From: an uncultured delta proteobacterium
GTDB lineage: Bacteria; Desulfobacterota; Binatia; Binatales; Binataceae
Assembly (NCBI GenBank): GCA_963808235.1
Contig: CAWEEQ010000004.1
Coordinates: forward strand, 3,776,001 to 3,840,000
DNA: 64,000 nucleotides
Direction of reading: 5' to 3'
Position 1 is the first letter of the stretch. The number at the start of each line of letters is the position of its first letter. The notes below the pieces were generated by a model that searched no databases, had not been told where the DNA came from, and worked only from the letters and a program-made list of their open reading frames with translations. Positions 32,176-42,363 of this stretch are shown one piece after another. The position numbers and the translations under genes were made by a program.

Positions 32176-32955
32176 TCAGCGCGCGGCGAGACCGCCGTCG
32201 ACGATCAATTCGGTGCCGGTGATATATGATGCGTCGTCGGAGAGCAGAAACACGATCGCGTTTGCGATTTCCCAGGGCGTTCCCTGCCGGCGCATCGGAA
32301 TTCGTGGCGCGACAGTGCTCTCGCGATCGCCAACCAGTCTCCGCACCATCGAAGAATCGATCAGTCCCGGCAAGATCGTGTTGATGCGGATATTGTCGCG
32401 CGCGTGTGAGACCGCGGCCGAGCGCGACAGCCCCAGCAGTGCCGCCTTGGTCGCCTCGTACGAGATTTGCGTATTGCTGCGCATCGCGGCCAGCGACGAG
32501 ACATTGACGATAGCACCCCCGCCCGCCTTCGCGATTTCCGGCACCGCATAGCGCATGGTCAGGAAGTGGCTGCGCAGGTTGACCGCGAGCATCGTGTCGA
32601 ACTGCTCTGTGGTGGTCTTTAGCAGGTTGCCGCCGATTGCGATTCCGACGTTGTTGACCATCAGATGCAGCGCAGCAAAACTTCGTATGGTTGCTTCGAC
32701 GGCCCCGCGGCATTGATCTTCGATGCTAACGTCGGCGGCGACAGCTTCGGCGCGTCCGCCTTCTTCGCGGATGGCGGTCGCGGTCTGACTCGCGAGCTCG
32801 AGAGAGCGATCGGCAACCATCACTGCGGCGCCCTCTCTAGCGCACATGATTGCGGTGGCGCGCCCGTTGCCGATCGAGATCTTGTCGCCTGCCTTCGCGG
32901 GTCCGTCCGCGCCGCCACCGATGATCAACGCTACTTTGTTCGCAAGACGATTCAT
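32176..32955 (-). CDS. Short-chain dehydrogenase/reductase
   Basis: GG...IGNG, NNVG, YEATK (YxxxK), YITG...VDGG; GAGGAGG RBS. Confidence 0.92.
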   Translation of the reverse strand: MNRLANKVALIIGGGADGPAKAGDKISIGNGRATAIMCAREGAAVMVADRSLELASQTATAIREEGGRAEAVAADVSIEDQCRGAVEATIRSFAALHLMVNNVGIAIGGNLLKTTTEQFDTMLAVNLRSHFLTMRYAVPEIAKAGGGAIVNVSSLAAMRSNTQISYEATKAALLGLSRSAAVSHARDNIRINTILPGLIDSSMVRRLVGDRESTVAPRIPMRRQGTPWEIANAIVFLLSDDASYITGTELIVDGGLAAR

Positions 32956-33206
32956 GACGCGCCTCCTCGGGATCGATGCGAGCAGAATGAAGTGATAACG
33001 CAATCCATTGGTACTTGCACGACGCGGAAAGTGCGCAAAACTGACAAGTTGATTTGAGAGGCACTTGCGGGTGGTGTTGGGCTGGTGAGGTGAGTCACGC
33101 CTCATTGGTACCACGTCGAGAACGCGTGCGGCAGGCTGAACAGTTCAGCCCTGAACTGATATGGCAGTCTGGCCCCTCCGAAATCAGCGCGCATGCCAAG
33201 GATCTG

Positions 33207-33584
33207 TCATTTGATTTCTTCGTCAGGTTCCTGGCAGAAGCATCCGGGGCGCATCCACCCGGCGCATTTGAAACCGGCGCCTTTTGGCCCGCAAGCGGCT
33301 TTCTTGCTCTGCGTGTGAATGAAAGTGCAGGTTTCGGTTTTGCTGTCCTCGCATTCACAGTTATCACAGTCCGGCTTCGCCGCCGCGATTTTTTTGGCGA
33401 GATCGTTGTCGTAGGCGGTCTGCGCGTTCGCCGGAGTGTCGCCGAAGCCCTTGATTTCAACCTTCTTAAAGAACCGATCGGGACATTTCGCGCCTGCATG
33501 CACGATCGAAGCGGTCGTTGCAGCTCCCGCGATCGCAAGCGCCAGAGCAATCGTCCGGAATGTGAAAAGCGTCGATGCCTTCAT
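33207..33584 (-). CDS. Small secreted cysteine-rich hypothetical protein
   Basis: AGGGGGAG RBS, signal peptide, 9 Cys in the mature part (CDNCEC, GCFC). Confidence 0.7.
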   Translation of the reverse strand: MKASTLFTFRTIALALAIAGAATTASIVHAGAKCPDRFFKKVEIKGFGDTPANAQTAYDNDLAKKIAAAKPDCDNCECEDSKTETCTFIHTQSKKAACGPKGAGFKCAGWMRPGCFCQEPDEEIK

Positions 33585-33669
33585 ATCAAAACTCCCCCTT
33601 GTTTGGATTCGTGACGGATCGCGCGCTCGGAAAACCGCCGCGCTATGTGGGGAACGCGATCGCGCCGGC

Positions 33670-34203
33670 TCAGGCGCCTTCGCGGCTGCGGTAACGCGCT
33701 TGATTCGGATCGGAGGGCATCGTCAGCAGCTCGCGCGAATAAATCTCACCGAGATACTCGATCAGGTTGCGCATCGAGACCACCGCGGTCGCATTCCCGG
33801 CGTCGTCGGTCAGCGGGATATGGCGGAACCCTTCGAGCACCATCTTGCTGAGCGCGAAGGCGACGTTCGCGTCGGCGGGAAGCGTGAAGGGATCGGGAGT
33901 CATCGAGTCGGACACCGCCGTGTGCATCAGGTCGAGTGGGCGGCCGGCGACCTTCATCAGAATATCGCGCTCAGTGAAGATGCCGGCGAGGCGGCCATTT
34001 TCAAGAATCAAAACGCAGGCGCGGCGCTCCAGTTGCATCAGGCGAATCGTCTCGGCGAGAGTCGTCGATGCGGAAACTGTCAAGGCCGGCTGCGAAACGA
34101 CTTCGCTCAGCGAAGTGTTGGCAAGTGCGGACTCGAGGACCTGGGGGCCGGGATGCTCTTCGTCGAGCAACCGTTCGCGCTCGTCGTCATGGTCGATCGG
34201 CAT
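33670..34203 (-). CDS. CBS-domain protein
   Basis: LAGIFTERDIL, MTPDP and GFRHIPL CBS-pair motifs. Confidence 0.9.
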   Translation of the reverse strand: MPIDHDDERERLLDEEHPGPQVLESALANTSLSEVVSQPALTVSASTTLAETIRLMQLERRACVLILENGRLAGIFTERDILMKVAGRPLDLMHTAVSDSMTPDPFTLPADANVAFALSKMVLEGFRHIPLTDDAGNATAVVSMRNLIEYLGEIYSRELLTMPSDPNQARYRSREGA

Positions 34204-34299
34204 GGTTCAAGCCTCCGCACAAAACGTCATCCCTAAGCCTAGGACGTTATTCGGTTTAGGGCAAAGGGTGGGAGAGGCTTTCCGGCACGGCGCAAACTG

Positions 34300-35073
34300 T
34301 CAGGTTGTATGGGTCGGATGCCTCGCGAAACGGTTCGCGCGATGATTGCGCGCTCGCCGCCGCGTATGTTTGGCGGGAGCGGGTTGTTGCATCGCGGGAG
34401 CCGCATCCGCGCTGCTGGTCGCGTGCGATGCGACGGTGGTGGAAGGAATCGAGGCGGGCTGCTGAGCCGTCGCAGCAGTCGCTGGATGCGGAATGGCAAC
34501 GCGCGACGACTGAGGGGCCGGACGAGGAATGGTCGTGCGCATAATTCCGATCGCCCACGCGATACACGGTAGCAGGATTCCGAAAATCAAAGCTGCGAGC
34601 GCGATTGGACGCCACATGAGGCGTGCCTTGGCGAGGAGCAGTGTTGCGCCCGAGGTCCGGGGAACTGAAGCCACGAGTACTCCGCTCTCAGCCAGCTCAA
34701 AGTCACGGATAAAGCGCGCGACCACTTTCGCTGCATCAAGGCCAAGAAAAATCGCGTAGCGTTCGAAGAATGGCAACAGGTAGAGCTGATCGGGAATGGC
34801 GTCATAGCTGTCACTCTCGATCATTCTCACATAGTAGGAAGGAATGTGTGTTTCGTCTGCGACTTGCTCGCGCGAAAGAGCGCGATGCTCGCGCGCTTGG
34901 GTCATGAGTTGGCCGAGCGTCTGATTGTCTGTTGGCTCGGGGTGGACTACGTCGTCCGGCGAGTCATCGCAGATGAGGTCGTCGTCGCTCAGGCAAACTA
35001 TGTTGGTCGGAGTTTTGAGATCGCTTGCCGCGTCTCTTGAGTAACTACCTAAGAGGGACCTGCCAACGGCCAT
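34300..35073 (-). CDS. RodZ-like HTH membrane protein
   Basis: LGQLMTQARE..LSREQVADETHI...IES...Y...YAIFLGLD HTH, one TM helix, Pro/Ala-rich tail. Confidence 0.7.
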   Translation of the reverse strand: MAVGRSLLGSYSRDAASDLKTPTNIVCLSDDDLICDDSPDDVVHPEPTDNQTLGQLMTQAREHRALSREQVADETHIPSYYVRMIESDSYDAIPDQLYLLPFFERYAIFLGLDAAKVVARFIRDFELAESGVLVASVPRTSGATLLLAKARLMWRPIALAALIFGILLPCIAWAIGIMRTTIPRPAPQSSRVAIPHPATAATAQQPASIPSTTVASHATSSADAAPAMQQPAPAKHTRRRARNHRANRFARHPTHTT

Positions 35074-35321
35074 CCTCCACCTCCTCGACCCGCACATCTT
35101 CAGCTGGCCCGGAGTCAGCTGCCGCGATCAAGAATATTGTCACAAATGTGAGTCATTCTGAAGTACAGCATCAGAAATCAGGCTCGATGGCAGGGTAGAA
35201 GGTGCTGCGCCATAACACTTAGGACCAGACAATTCACTTCTTAGGCACTACATATGACTCCAAGACGTGGAGTTCCTCCGCGTGAGTAGGCGCTATAGGC
35301 GCCAAGTCACTGCAACCAGAC

Positions 35322-37034
35322 TCACTCTCCTGCCAGCGAAATGGGTTTGTCTTCTGAAGTTGTAGGTGCGGGAATTTCAGGAAGTCTGACTATGAAGGTG
35401 CTGCCGCGATCAGCCCCCGGACTGAGCGCCTCGACGCAACCTCCGTGAAGCTCTACAAGTCGTCTCACCAGTGTAAGCCCCAGGCCGAGCCCGCCCTGGA
35501 ATCGTGCCAACCCGACATCACCGCGGACGAAGAGATCGAATATTCGAGGTAAGAGGTCAGCCGGGACGCCAATACCGTTGTCCTCTACCCGAATCACAGC
35601 GTCTTGGGCTTGTGCCTTTACGCTCACTCGGATGGTGCCGCCCGAGGCGGTGTACTTTGCAGCGTTGCTCAGCAAATTCGTGACGATCTGCGCCAGCCGG
35701 TCCGCATCACCATCGACCCATACCGGCGCCACATCCATTTCCACCGCTCGTTGCGCGAGTTGTCCCGTTTGATGCAACGCATTGACGCATTCGGATACGA
35801 GGTCGGCGAGATTCAGGGGACGACAGACCAGCACGATTTTCCCGGTCGTCACCCGAGATACGTCGAGAAGATCGTCGACCATGCGGGTTAGATGCCGCAC
35901 CTGTCGCGCGATGATGTTGCGGGCCTTGATCGCTCCGCTTTCGGTAGTCCGTTCGTCTCCAAGAAGTGGAACCGCCAAAGCGATTGTGTTGAGCGGATTG
36001 CGCAGTTCGTGCCCAAGCATCGCCAGGAACTCGTCTTTGGCACGGTTCGCATCTTCGGCCGCTTCGCGCGCCACTCGCTGGCTTATATCCAAGCTCCGGC
36101 GTTGTGCGATTTCGGTTGCTACGGCGATGCCCATGATCTGCGACAAGCCCGAAAATGTTTGCAAAAGCAGGAGAGCCTCATTTCGGCTGCCTCCCGCGAA
36201 TGGCCCGAGCCCCCGCAGTGTTCCGACTACGGCCAGGCTGGACGATATGAAATTCACCGTGGCGGTTTCGCGCGGACCGAAACGGAATGCCGCCCACAAA
36301 AGCACCGGGAAGAACAGAAACTCTAGCGGGTATCGCTGACTGGAGAGAGGCAGCCATCCGTCAAACACCACGCCGCCAAGGGTGAGCAATACAAGCAGCG
36401 ACAGAACTGCTTCTGCCGTCTGCGCCCGGCTCCAGCCGAGTCGATAGTTCAGGCCCCAGAGCAGTATCAACGGCGCGACCAAAAGCTCCCCGGCGGCATC
36501 GCCGAGCCACCATGTGAGCCAAATCCATTTGTATTCCGACCAACTGTCGAAGCCCGCCAGGCAGAGGCTTGTCACTCCGATCGTGGCGGAAACGGTGGTG
36601 CTGAGCACCGCCGCGAAAATGAGAAACTTGAGAGCATCGCGATTCCGGCTGAAGGCATCGGCGCCATTGGCGAAGCGGATCACAAGATAGGCGCCGAGGA
36701 CCGCCTCCAAGGTGTTGCCACAAGCGATTGCGGTCGAGGTCGCAATTGAACCCGCCGTCGTCACATTGACAAAGAACGCACCTACAAAAATTGCAGGCCA
36801 AACCCACACGCCGCACAGAAGACAAGCCGCCAGCGCTATTCCGGCCGGGGCCCAAATTGCGGCCGCACTGGGACTGATGATCGCGAAATGGAGCCCGATT
36901 TTGCCGGTGGCAAAATAAGTAAGAGCCACGAGCGCGAGGAGCGCAAATCGGTTGGCAGATCCAGAGACAGAAACGACAGAAGGAGATTGCGGCATTACGT
37001 CGCCAGTATCCGGAGGGCTAGGCTCATCCATCAC
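35322..37034 (-). CDS. MASE1-domain sensor histidine kinase
   Basis: IWAPAG and WWLGD MASE1 motifs; FLAMLGHELRNPL H-box; N, G1 and G2 boxes. Confidence 0.92.
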   Translation of the reverse strand: MMDEPSPPDTGDVMPQSPSVVSVSGSANRFALLALVALTYFATGKIGLHFAIISPSAAAIWAPAGIALAACLLCGVWVWPAIFVGAFFVNVTTAGSIATSTAIACGNTLEAVLGAYLVIRFANGADAFSRNRDALKFLIFAAVLSTTVSATIGVTSLCLAGFDSWSEYKWIWLTWWLGDAAGELLVAPLILLWGLNYRLGWSRAQTAEAVLSLLVLLTLGGVVFDGWLPLSSQRYPLEFLFFPVLLWAAFRFGPRETATVNFISSSLAVVGTLRGLGPFAGGSRNEALLLLQTFSGLSQIMGIAVATEIAQRRSLDISQRVAREAAEDANRAKDEFLAMLGHELRNPLNTIALAVPLLGDERTTESGAIKARNIIARQVRHLTRMVDDLLDVSRVTTGKIVLVCRPLNLADLVSECVNALHQTGQLAQRAVEMDVAPVWVDGDADRLAQIVTNLLSNAAKYTASGGTIRVSVKAQAQDAVIRVEDNGIGVPADLLPRIFDLFVRGDVGLARFQGGLGLGLTLVRRLVELHGGCVEALSPGADRGSTFIVRLPEIPAPTTSEDKPISLAGE

Positions 37035-37226
37035 GATTCACCAGGTCTGCCTGAAGGGAACCTTGCGTCAGGAATCTTCGGAGCGCTGCGGAACCCCCAA
37101 GACAAACCGCCGATGGATAATGTGATGGTTGCCGCCCGTTGGCGCAACCGGCGAGAAGGAGGGCCGTCCGTATTCGAAGATCCGGAGGTTGTGCAAATCG
37201 CCGCAAGTCTCTAATAGAAAAGTGCG

Positions 37227-38426
37227 ATGCGGGCGGACACGCACTTGCGAATCATCGTGATCGGAGCGGGAATCGGCGGCCTGGCGGCTGCGCTGACGCT
37301 TACCCGCGCCGGCCTCGAGGTTCAGGTCTTCGAGCAGGCGTCCGAATTGCGCGAGGTCGGCGCCGGCATCCAGATAAGTCCGAACGCCACGCGAATTCTC
37401 CATCGGCTCGGACTAGAGCATCCGCTGCGCCGCTTCGGAGTGCGGCCGCGCGCGATCGTCATCCACCGCTGGGATGACGGGCGTGTGATCGCTCGCCAGC
37501 CCCTGGCCGACGCATCCGAGCGTAACTTTGGCGCTCCCTATTATAATTTCCATCGCGCCGAACTGCTCAACGTTCTTTCCGCGGCGGTGCCCGATGGCGT
37601 CCTTCATCTTGACCATCGATGCGTCGGATTGACTCAGCATGCGGACCGCGTCGAGGTGCGATTCCAAAACGGCGTGACCACTGACGCCGATGTTGTGGTT
37701 GGCGCAGACGGCATCCACTCCACGGTGCGCGAAGCCATCGTGGGGCCGGAATCGCCGCGGTTTTCGGGACACGTGGCCTATCGCGGGCTGGTTCCGGCGG
37801 AGCGCGTGGCGCATCTGGGGCTCGAGGTCGCGGCTTCCGTATGGTGGGGGCCGAACCATCACTTCGTCAATTATTTCGTGGGCGCCGGCGCGCGCTACCA
37901 CAATTGGGTCGCGGTCACTCCCGGGCAATGGCGCATCGAGTCGTGGACCGCGAAGGGTGAAGTAGCCGACGCGCTCAAGGAATTCGACGGGTGGCATCCC
38001 GAGGTCCGCGCTATCATCGGCTCGGTTGATGCGACCAATCGTTGGGCGCTCTACGATCGCGACCCGCTCCCACGCTGGACCGTCGGCCGCGTAACGCTGA
38101 TGGGTGATGCGGCGCATCCGATGCTCCCCTACATGGCGCAAGGCGCAGTGCAATCGATCGAGGATGCCGCGGTGCTGGCGAAATGCCTCGAACTGGCCGA
38201 CGCGCACGATACCAGCGCCGCGCTGCTGCGATACGAACAGACGCGCAAGCCTCGCGCATCACGATGCCAGGAGGGGTCGCGGCGCAACGGCATCATGTAC
38301 CATCTCGCCGACGGCGAGGATCAACGAAAGCGCGACGCTGACCTCGCGTCGGCCGCAACCGCTCCGCTGCCTCAGAACGCGTGGCTCTACGGTCACGACG
38401 TAGAAGCCGAATTCGAACAGGGGTGA
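37227..38426 (+). CDS. FAD-dependent monooxygenase (salicylate/hydroxybenzoate hydroxylase-like)
   Basis: GAGIGG, GADGIHS and GDAAHPMLPYMAQGA motifs. Confidence 0.92.
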   Translation: MRADTHLRIIVIGAGIGGLAAALTLTRAGLEVQVFEQASELREVGAGIQISPNATRILHRLGLEHPLRRFGVRPRAIVIHRWDDGRVIARQPLADASERNFGAPYYNFHRAELLNVLSAAVPDGVLHLDHRCVGLTQHADRVEVRFQNGVTTDADVVVGADGIHSTVREAIVGPESPRFSGHVAYRGLVPAERVAHLGLEVAASVWWGPNHHFVNYFVGAGARYHNWVAVTPGQWRIESWTAKGEVADALKEFDGWHPEVRAIIGSVDATNRWALYDRDPLPRWTVGRVTLMGDAAHPMLPYMAQGAVQSIEDAAVLAKCLELADAHDTSAALLRYEQTRKPRASRCQEGSRRNGIMYHLADGEDQRKRDADLASAATAPLPQNAWLYGHDVEAEFEQG

Positions 38427-38488
38427 AGTCCGCGGAGGCTTTGCTGCGGAGTGCTCATTTTAAATTGTGGTTCAACCAAGGCAGGGTA

Positions 38489-39244
38489 CTACTTGCCGAG
38501 TTGGGCAATGGCGTTGCGCAGTGGAGCGCTGGAAATCTGAATCATTCCGCCGAATGGGCGGTCGAGCTCAAGGATCATGAAGATCGCGCCTGCAACGGAT
38601 AGCGCGCACAGAAACAGGGTCGCGATGACGGTCGCATTCGGAGGCGCGAAGAGACCGAAGCTCAGAAAGATAATGGTCACCCAGAAAATCAGCAGCACCA
38701 GAAACGGCATCGGGATCGAGCGACCTCCCTGCTCGAACAGCAACCAGCGCGTCTGTCCAAGATCGATGCTCATCTTCAGGGCTTGTGACTGCAGCGAGCG
38801 CTGAACGTCGTTCTTCGGCGACAGTTCCTGTATCTGATCATAGAATCCTTCGGCTGTGGTCCCAGACGGCTTCAAGTCTGCGGTTCCGGTACGCGCCTCC
38901 GGCCATGCGCGCTCAATCATGCCAGCGGCGGTCTGCCTCAGCAGCGCGCGAGCTTCCCTGGTCTCTGGTCCGTAATGGGCCAGCACGCGATCGAGAAGGA
39001 TGACATTGGCGGAAAGTTGGGTAATCTCATTTCGTTGCGTGTCATAAGAGCCTTTTGCCGAGTTGACCAGCAGGGCTAGGACCAAGGCCGACATCGTCGC
39101 GGTTAGAGCCATCCCCAGCTTGATCACGTCCTTGGATTCCGCGCTCAGATGGTGTTCGGGCAGAACCCGGTGAAGAAGCATCCCGAGCACCGCTCCTCCA
39201 AAGATGCACGCAAAGACGATGCAGCCGATAACCGTCGGGCTCAT
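38489..39244 (-). CDS. DUF4239-like (bestrophin-like) membrane protein
   Basis: Two TM pairs flanking a soluble helical region; LDRVLAHYGPE and LELDRPF.G.IQISSAP motifs. Confidence 0.75.
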   Translation of the reverse strand: MSPTVIGCIVFACIFGGAVLGMLLHRVLPEHHLSAESKDVIKLGMALTATMSALVLALLVNSAKGSYDTQRNEITQLSANVILLDRVLAHYGPETREARALLRQTAAGMIERAWPEARTGTADLKPSGTTAEGFYDQIQELSPKNDVQRSLQSQALKMSIDLGQTRWLLFEQGGRSIPMPFLVLLIFWVTIIFLSFGLFAPPNATVIATLFLCALSVAGAIFMILELDRPFGGMIQISSAPLRNAIAQLGK

Positions 39245-39249
39245 GCTGG

Positions 39250-39675
39250 CTATGCCCTATTCGTGAACCTTGACTCGCTTTGGCTCAATTCAGGTCTACC
39301 AGACTTCCGAATCAGAAGACTCATAACGCACCAGACCGTCATGGTCGTGTGCAGAACAACCGCCGGCCACAAAGCGATGCCGACCGGCCGCGACTGGGTG
39401 CCGGCAATCGCTAAAATGAGAGTCACACCGAGATTGTAGAACACCATCGCGGTTACTAGTCCTGTTGCGGCAGGACTCTCCGTGTCCTTGCGCGCATGCC
39501 AGCAGGCCACTCCCAGCGTAAGCAGCGCTGCTCCGCTGACCCGGGCCACGGTCAAAGCGGCGGGTGCTTCCAGCGGTGTGCCGAGCAGAAGATTCGCGGC
39601 CGCCGAGGGGAGACACAACAGCGCCAGGCCTGCCCCTACTTCGATCACCGCGGTCGCTGCATACAGACCGTTCAC
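39250..39675 (-). CDS. Hypothetical 4-TM membrane protein
   Basis: Hydrophobic ORF tightly packed between the sulfatase and DUF4239 genes. Confidence 0.7.
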   Translation of the reverse strand: MNGLYAATAVIEVGAGLALLCLPSAAANLLLGTPLEAPAALTVARVSGAALLTLGVACWHARKDTESPAATGLVTAMVFYNLGVTLILAIAGTQSRPVGIALWPAVVLHTTMTVWCVMSLLIRKSGRPELSQSESRFTNRA

Positions 39676-39681
39676 GGCCGC

Positions 39682-42193
39682 CTAGTTATTCGCGCTCTTC
39701 GCGGCGTCTTCAGCAGCTTTCTGATCGCTCGGCAGCAACCGCGACGGCCCGAGCTTGAACGTCAGCTTGTTGATGGTTCCGGTGAAGCGGAACGGCAGCT
39801 TGTAATCGTCGTTCACACCTGTGCGCGTATCGCTCCCTATGTCGAAGGATTCATCGATCGCCATGAGGAACGGAATCGAGTGCGGAACCGTCTTGCGAGC
39901 CAGTTCCTTGCCGTCAACCGTTAATACTCCGGTACCACCTTTGCCTGCGCCTGGTCCGTCGTATTTGAAGTCGAACACGATCGTGTGCTTACCCGGTTTG
40001 AGCCCGTCTCCTAACCAATCGTTCCCGCCCACGCCGCCTTCCCAACGATAATGCGTCAGGTCGAGAAGGTTGTAATCAAAGACTGGCTTCCCCTTGAGTA
40101 AGTAGAGGCCATAGCCGCCGAAGCGGCCTCCCAGGGTCACGATCATCCCTTCCGCCCCGCGCTGCGGGAATCGTCACGTCGGCAGTAATAGTGTAATCCT
40201 TGTCCAAAATGCTAGGAGCATTACCTATGGGGATGCCGGCAGTTCTCACCCGTGTAGGTTAAAACACTTCGCCCGGCAGAAGCGCTTGGTCGCGGTGTCA
40301 CGAGCGCGCGTTAAGACCGAATTATCTAATGGCAGGACCTGATATTTCGCCGCCTCTGTCAGGAACAACGCCTGCATCTCCTTTAATTTGTCCGGCATTG
40401 CTTTGAAGCGAGGTCGTTAAATTCGGAGTAATCTTCGGCGATGTTGTAAAGCTCCCACTTGTAGTCATTAATGTCGGGCAACTTGGCCGTTCCCAAGATC
40501 CAGGGGGCGGCAGGCGGCGTAGTAGCCGCAATCCAACCATCGTGGTAAATAGCGCGGTTGGCAAACATCTCGAAATACTGCGTATCGTGCTTCGACGGAG
40601 CATTAGCGTTCGCCTTGTCGAACGTGTAGGCCATGCTCACGCCTTCAATCGGCTTCTGCTTGATCCCAACGACCTCTTCGGGCGCCTTGATCCCGGCGGC
40701 CTCGAGAATCGTCGGAACAACATCAATCACATGGTGGAACTGCGGGCGGATACCACCGACATCGGTGATGTGGCCGGGCCACGAAATCGCAAGACCCTGC
40801 CGCGTGCCGCCGAAGTGCGAGGCCACCTGCTTGGTCCACTTGAAAGGCGTATCAAACGCCCACGACCATGCTACCGCCATATGCGGGTAGGTCTTGTCCG
40901 AGCCCCAGTCTTCGTAGTGCAACATCTGCGCGGCCTCCGGAAGGTCAGGATACCGTTGTAGGCCGTCATCTGGTTAAACGTACCCTCCAAAGTGCCTTCG
41001 GCACTGGTGCCATTGTCGCCGACGATGTAGATGATCAGCGTGTTGTCGAGCTTGCCTTCGTCCTGAACTTCCTGGATCACGCGGCCAATCTCATGGTCGG
41101 TGTAAGCGGCGTAGCCGGCAAAGACTTCGGCCTCGCGCGCGTAGAGCTTCTTTTGAATCAACGAGAGCGAGTCCCAACGCGGCAGCTTCGCGCCGCCATA
41201 CGCGGCCTGCCCATCCGGCCACGGGGTGAGCTGGGTATCTGGCGGGATCACACCCAGCCGTTTCTGGTTGGCGAAGATCACCTCGCGAAGCTTCTCATAG
41301 CCGATATCGAACTTGCCCTTGAATTTGTCAATCCATTCCTTGGTCGGCTGGTGCGGTGAGTGGGTGCCACCTGGCACGTAATACAGGAAGAACGGCGTGT
41401 CGGGTGCGGCTGCGTTTAGACCGCTCAGGTATTTGATAGCGTCATCCGCCAGATCGGTCGTGAGGTTGTAGCCCGGCTTGCCGATCCACGGAAACACTGG
41501 TGTCGTATTACGATAAAGATAGGGCGTCCATTGGTCGGTCTCGCCGCCCATGAACCCGTAGAAATACTGAAAACCCATCCCGACCGGCCATTGGTCAAAG
41601 GCCCGGCTTCACTGTATTGATAGGTGGGCGTGTTATGGTTCTTACCAAACCACGAGGTCGCATAACCATTGTCTCGGAGGATAGTGCCGATGGTAGCGCT
41701 CTCCGGCCCGATGATGAGTCATAGCCTGGATAACCGGTGGACAATTCGCCGATGATGCCGAAGCCGACCGAATGATGGTTGCGACCCGTGATCAGCGCCG
41801 CCCGCGTGGGCGAACAAAGCGCAGTGGAGTGAAACTCAGTGTAGCGCAATCCAGCTTTTGCGATGCGATCCAGCGCGGGCGTCGGGATAACGCCGCCGAA
41901 GGTGCCCGAAACGCCGTAGCCCTGATCATCGGTCATGATGAGCAAGATGTTAGGCGCGCCCTTGGGCGGTACGACGCGGGCGGCCACCACGGCGTAGAAT
42001 CCTTGGCGCTTTCCTTGATCACGCCGCCAAACGGCATCGGTGGCGGCGGGAGTTGTTTCCCTTCAAGAGTCACAGTGGAACTGGGCGAGCCCGGCACGCC
42101 GCTGATTTGCTGGGCGGACGCGGGCGCGGCCGCAAACGCAGCCAGGCAAACGATCATCATAATGAAGCAATGAACTCTGGATCTTGTATATGG
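39682..42193 (-). pseudogene. Arylsulfatase broken by multiple frameshifts (pseudogene or sequencing indels)
   Basis: Fragments in order: signal peptide, [15 protein letters not shown] formylglycine motif, GKNHN, GDNG, TPFKWTKQ, C-terminal lectin-like part. Frame switches near 41980, 41718, 41600, 40945, 40400 and several in 40150-40320. Confidence 0.85.
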
Positions 42194-42314
42194 CATCTGT
42201 TCTCGCACTCCGATCGAACGCGGTACGTCACCGCTTCACTTCAAGGGCGGTTTCAATGTCACCTTCCGGAATCAACGCGCTGTAGTGTTAATACTGCAAG
42301 ACGTAACGAGCAGA

Positions 42315-42334
42315 TATTGTACTTTGGTACAATA
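42315..42334 (-). promoter_or_regulatory. Palindromic operator copy 1 (TATTGTACCAAAGTACAATA on the minus strand)
   Basis: Identical 20/20 to the copy at 49582-49601; upstream of the sulfatase. Confidence 0.7.
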
Positions 42335-42363
42335 CGAGAGCCGGGAAACTGACTCGCTCGGTA

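Noticed and set aside
33100-33209. Possible Sec read-through of the TGA ending the Cys-rich protein
   Set aside because: No redox motif around the TGA and no correctly spaced SECIS-like hairpin.
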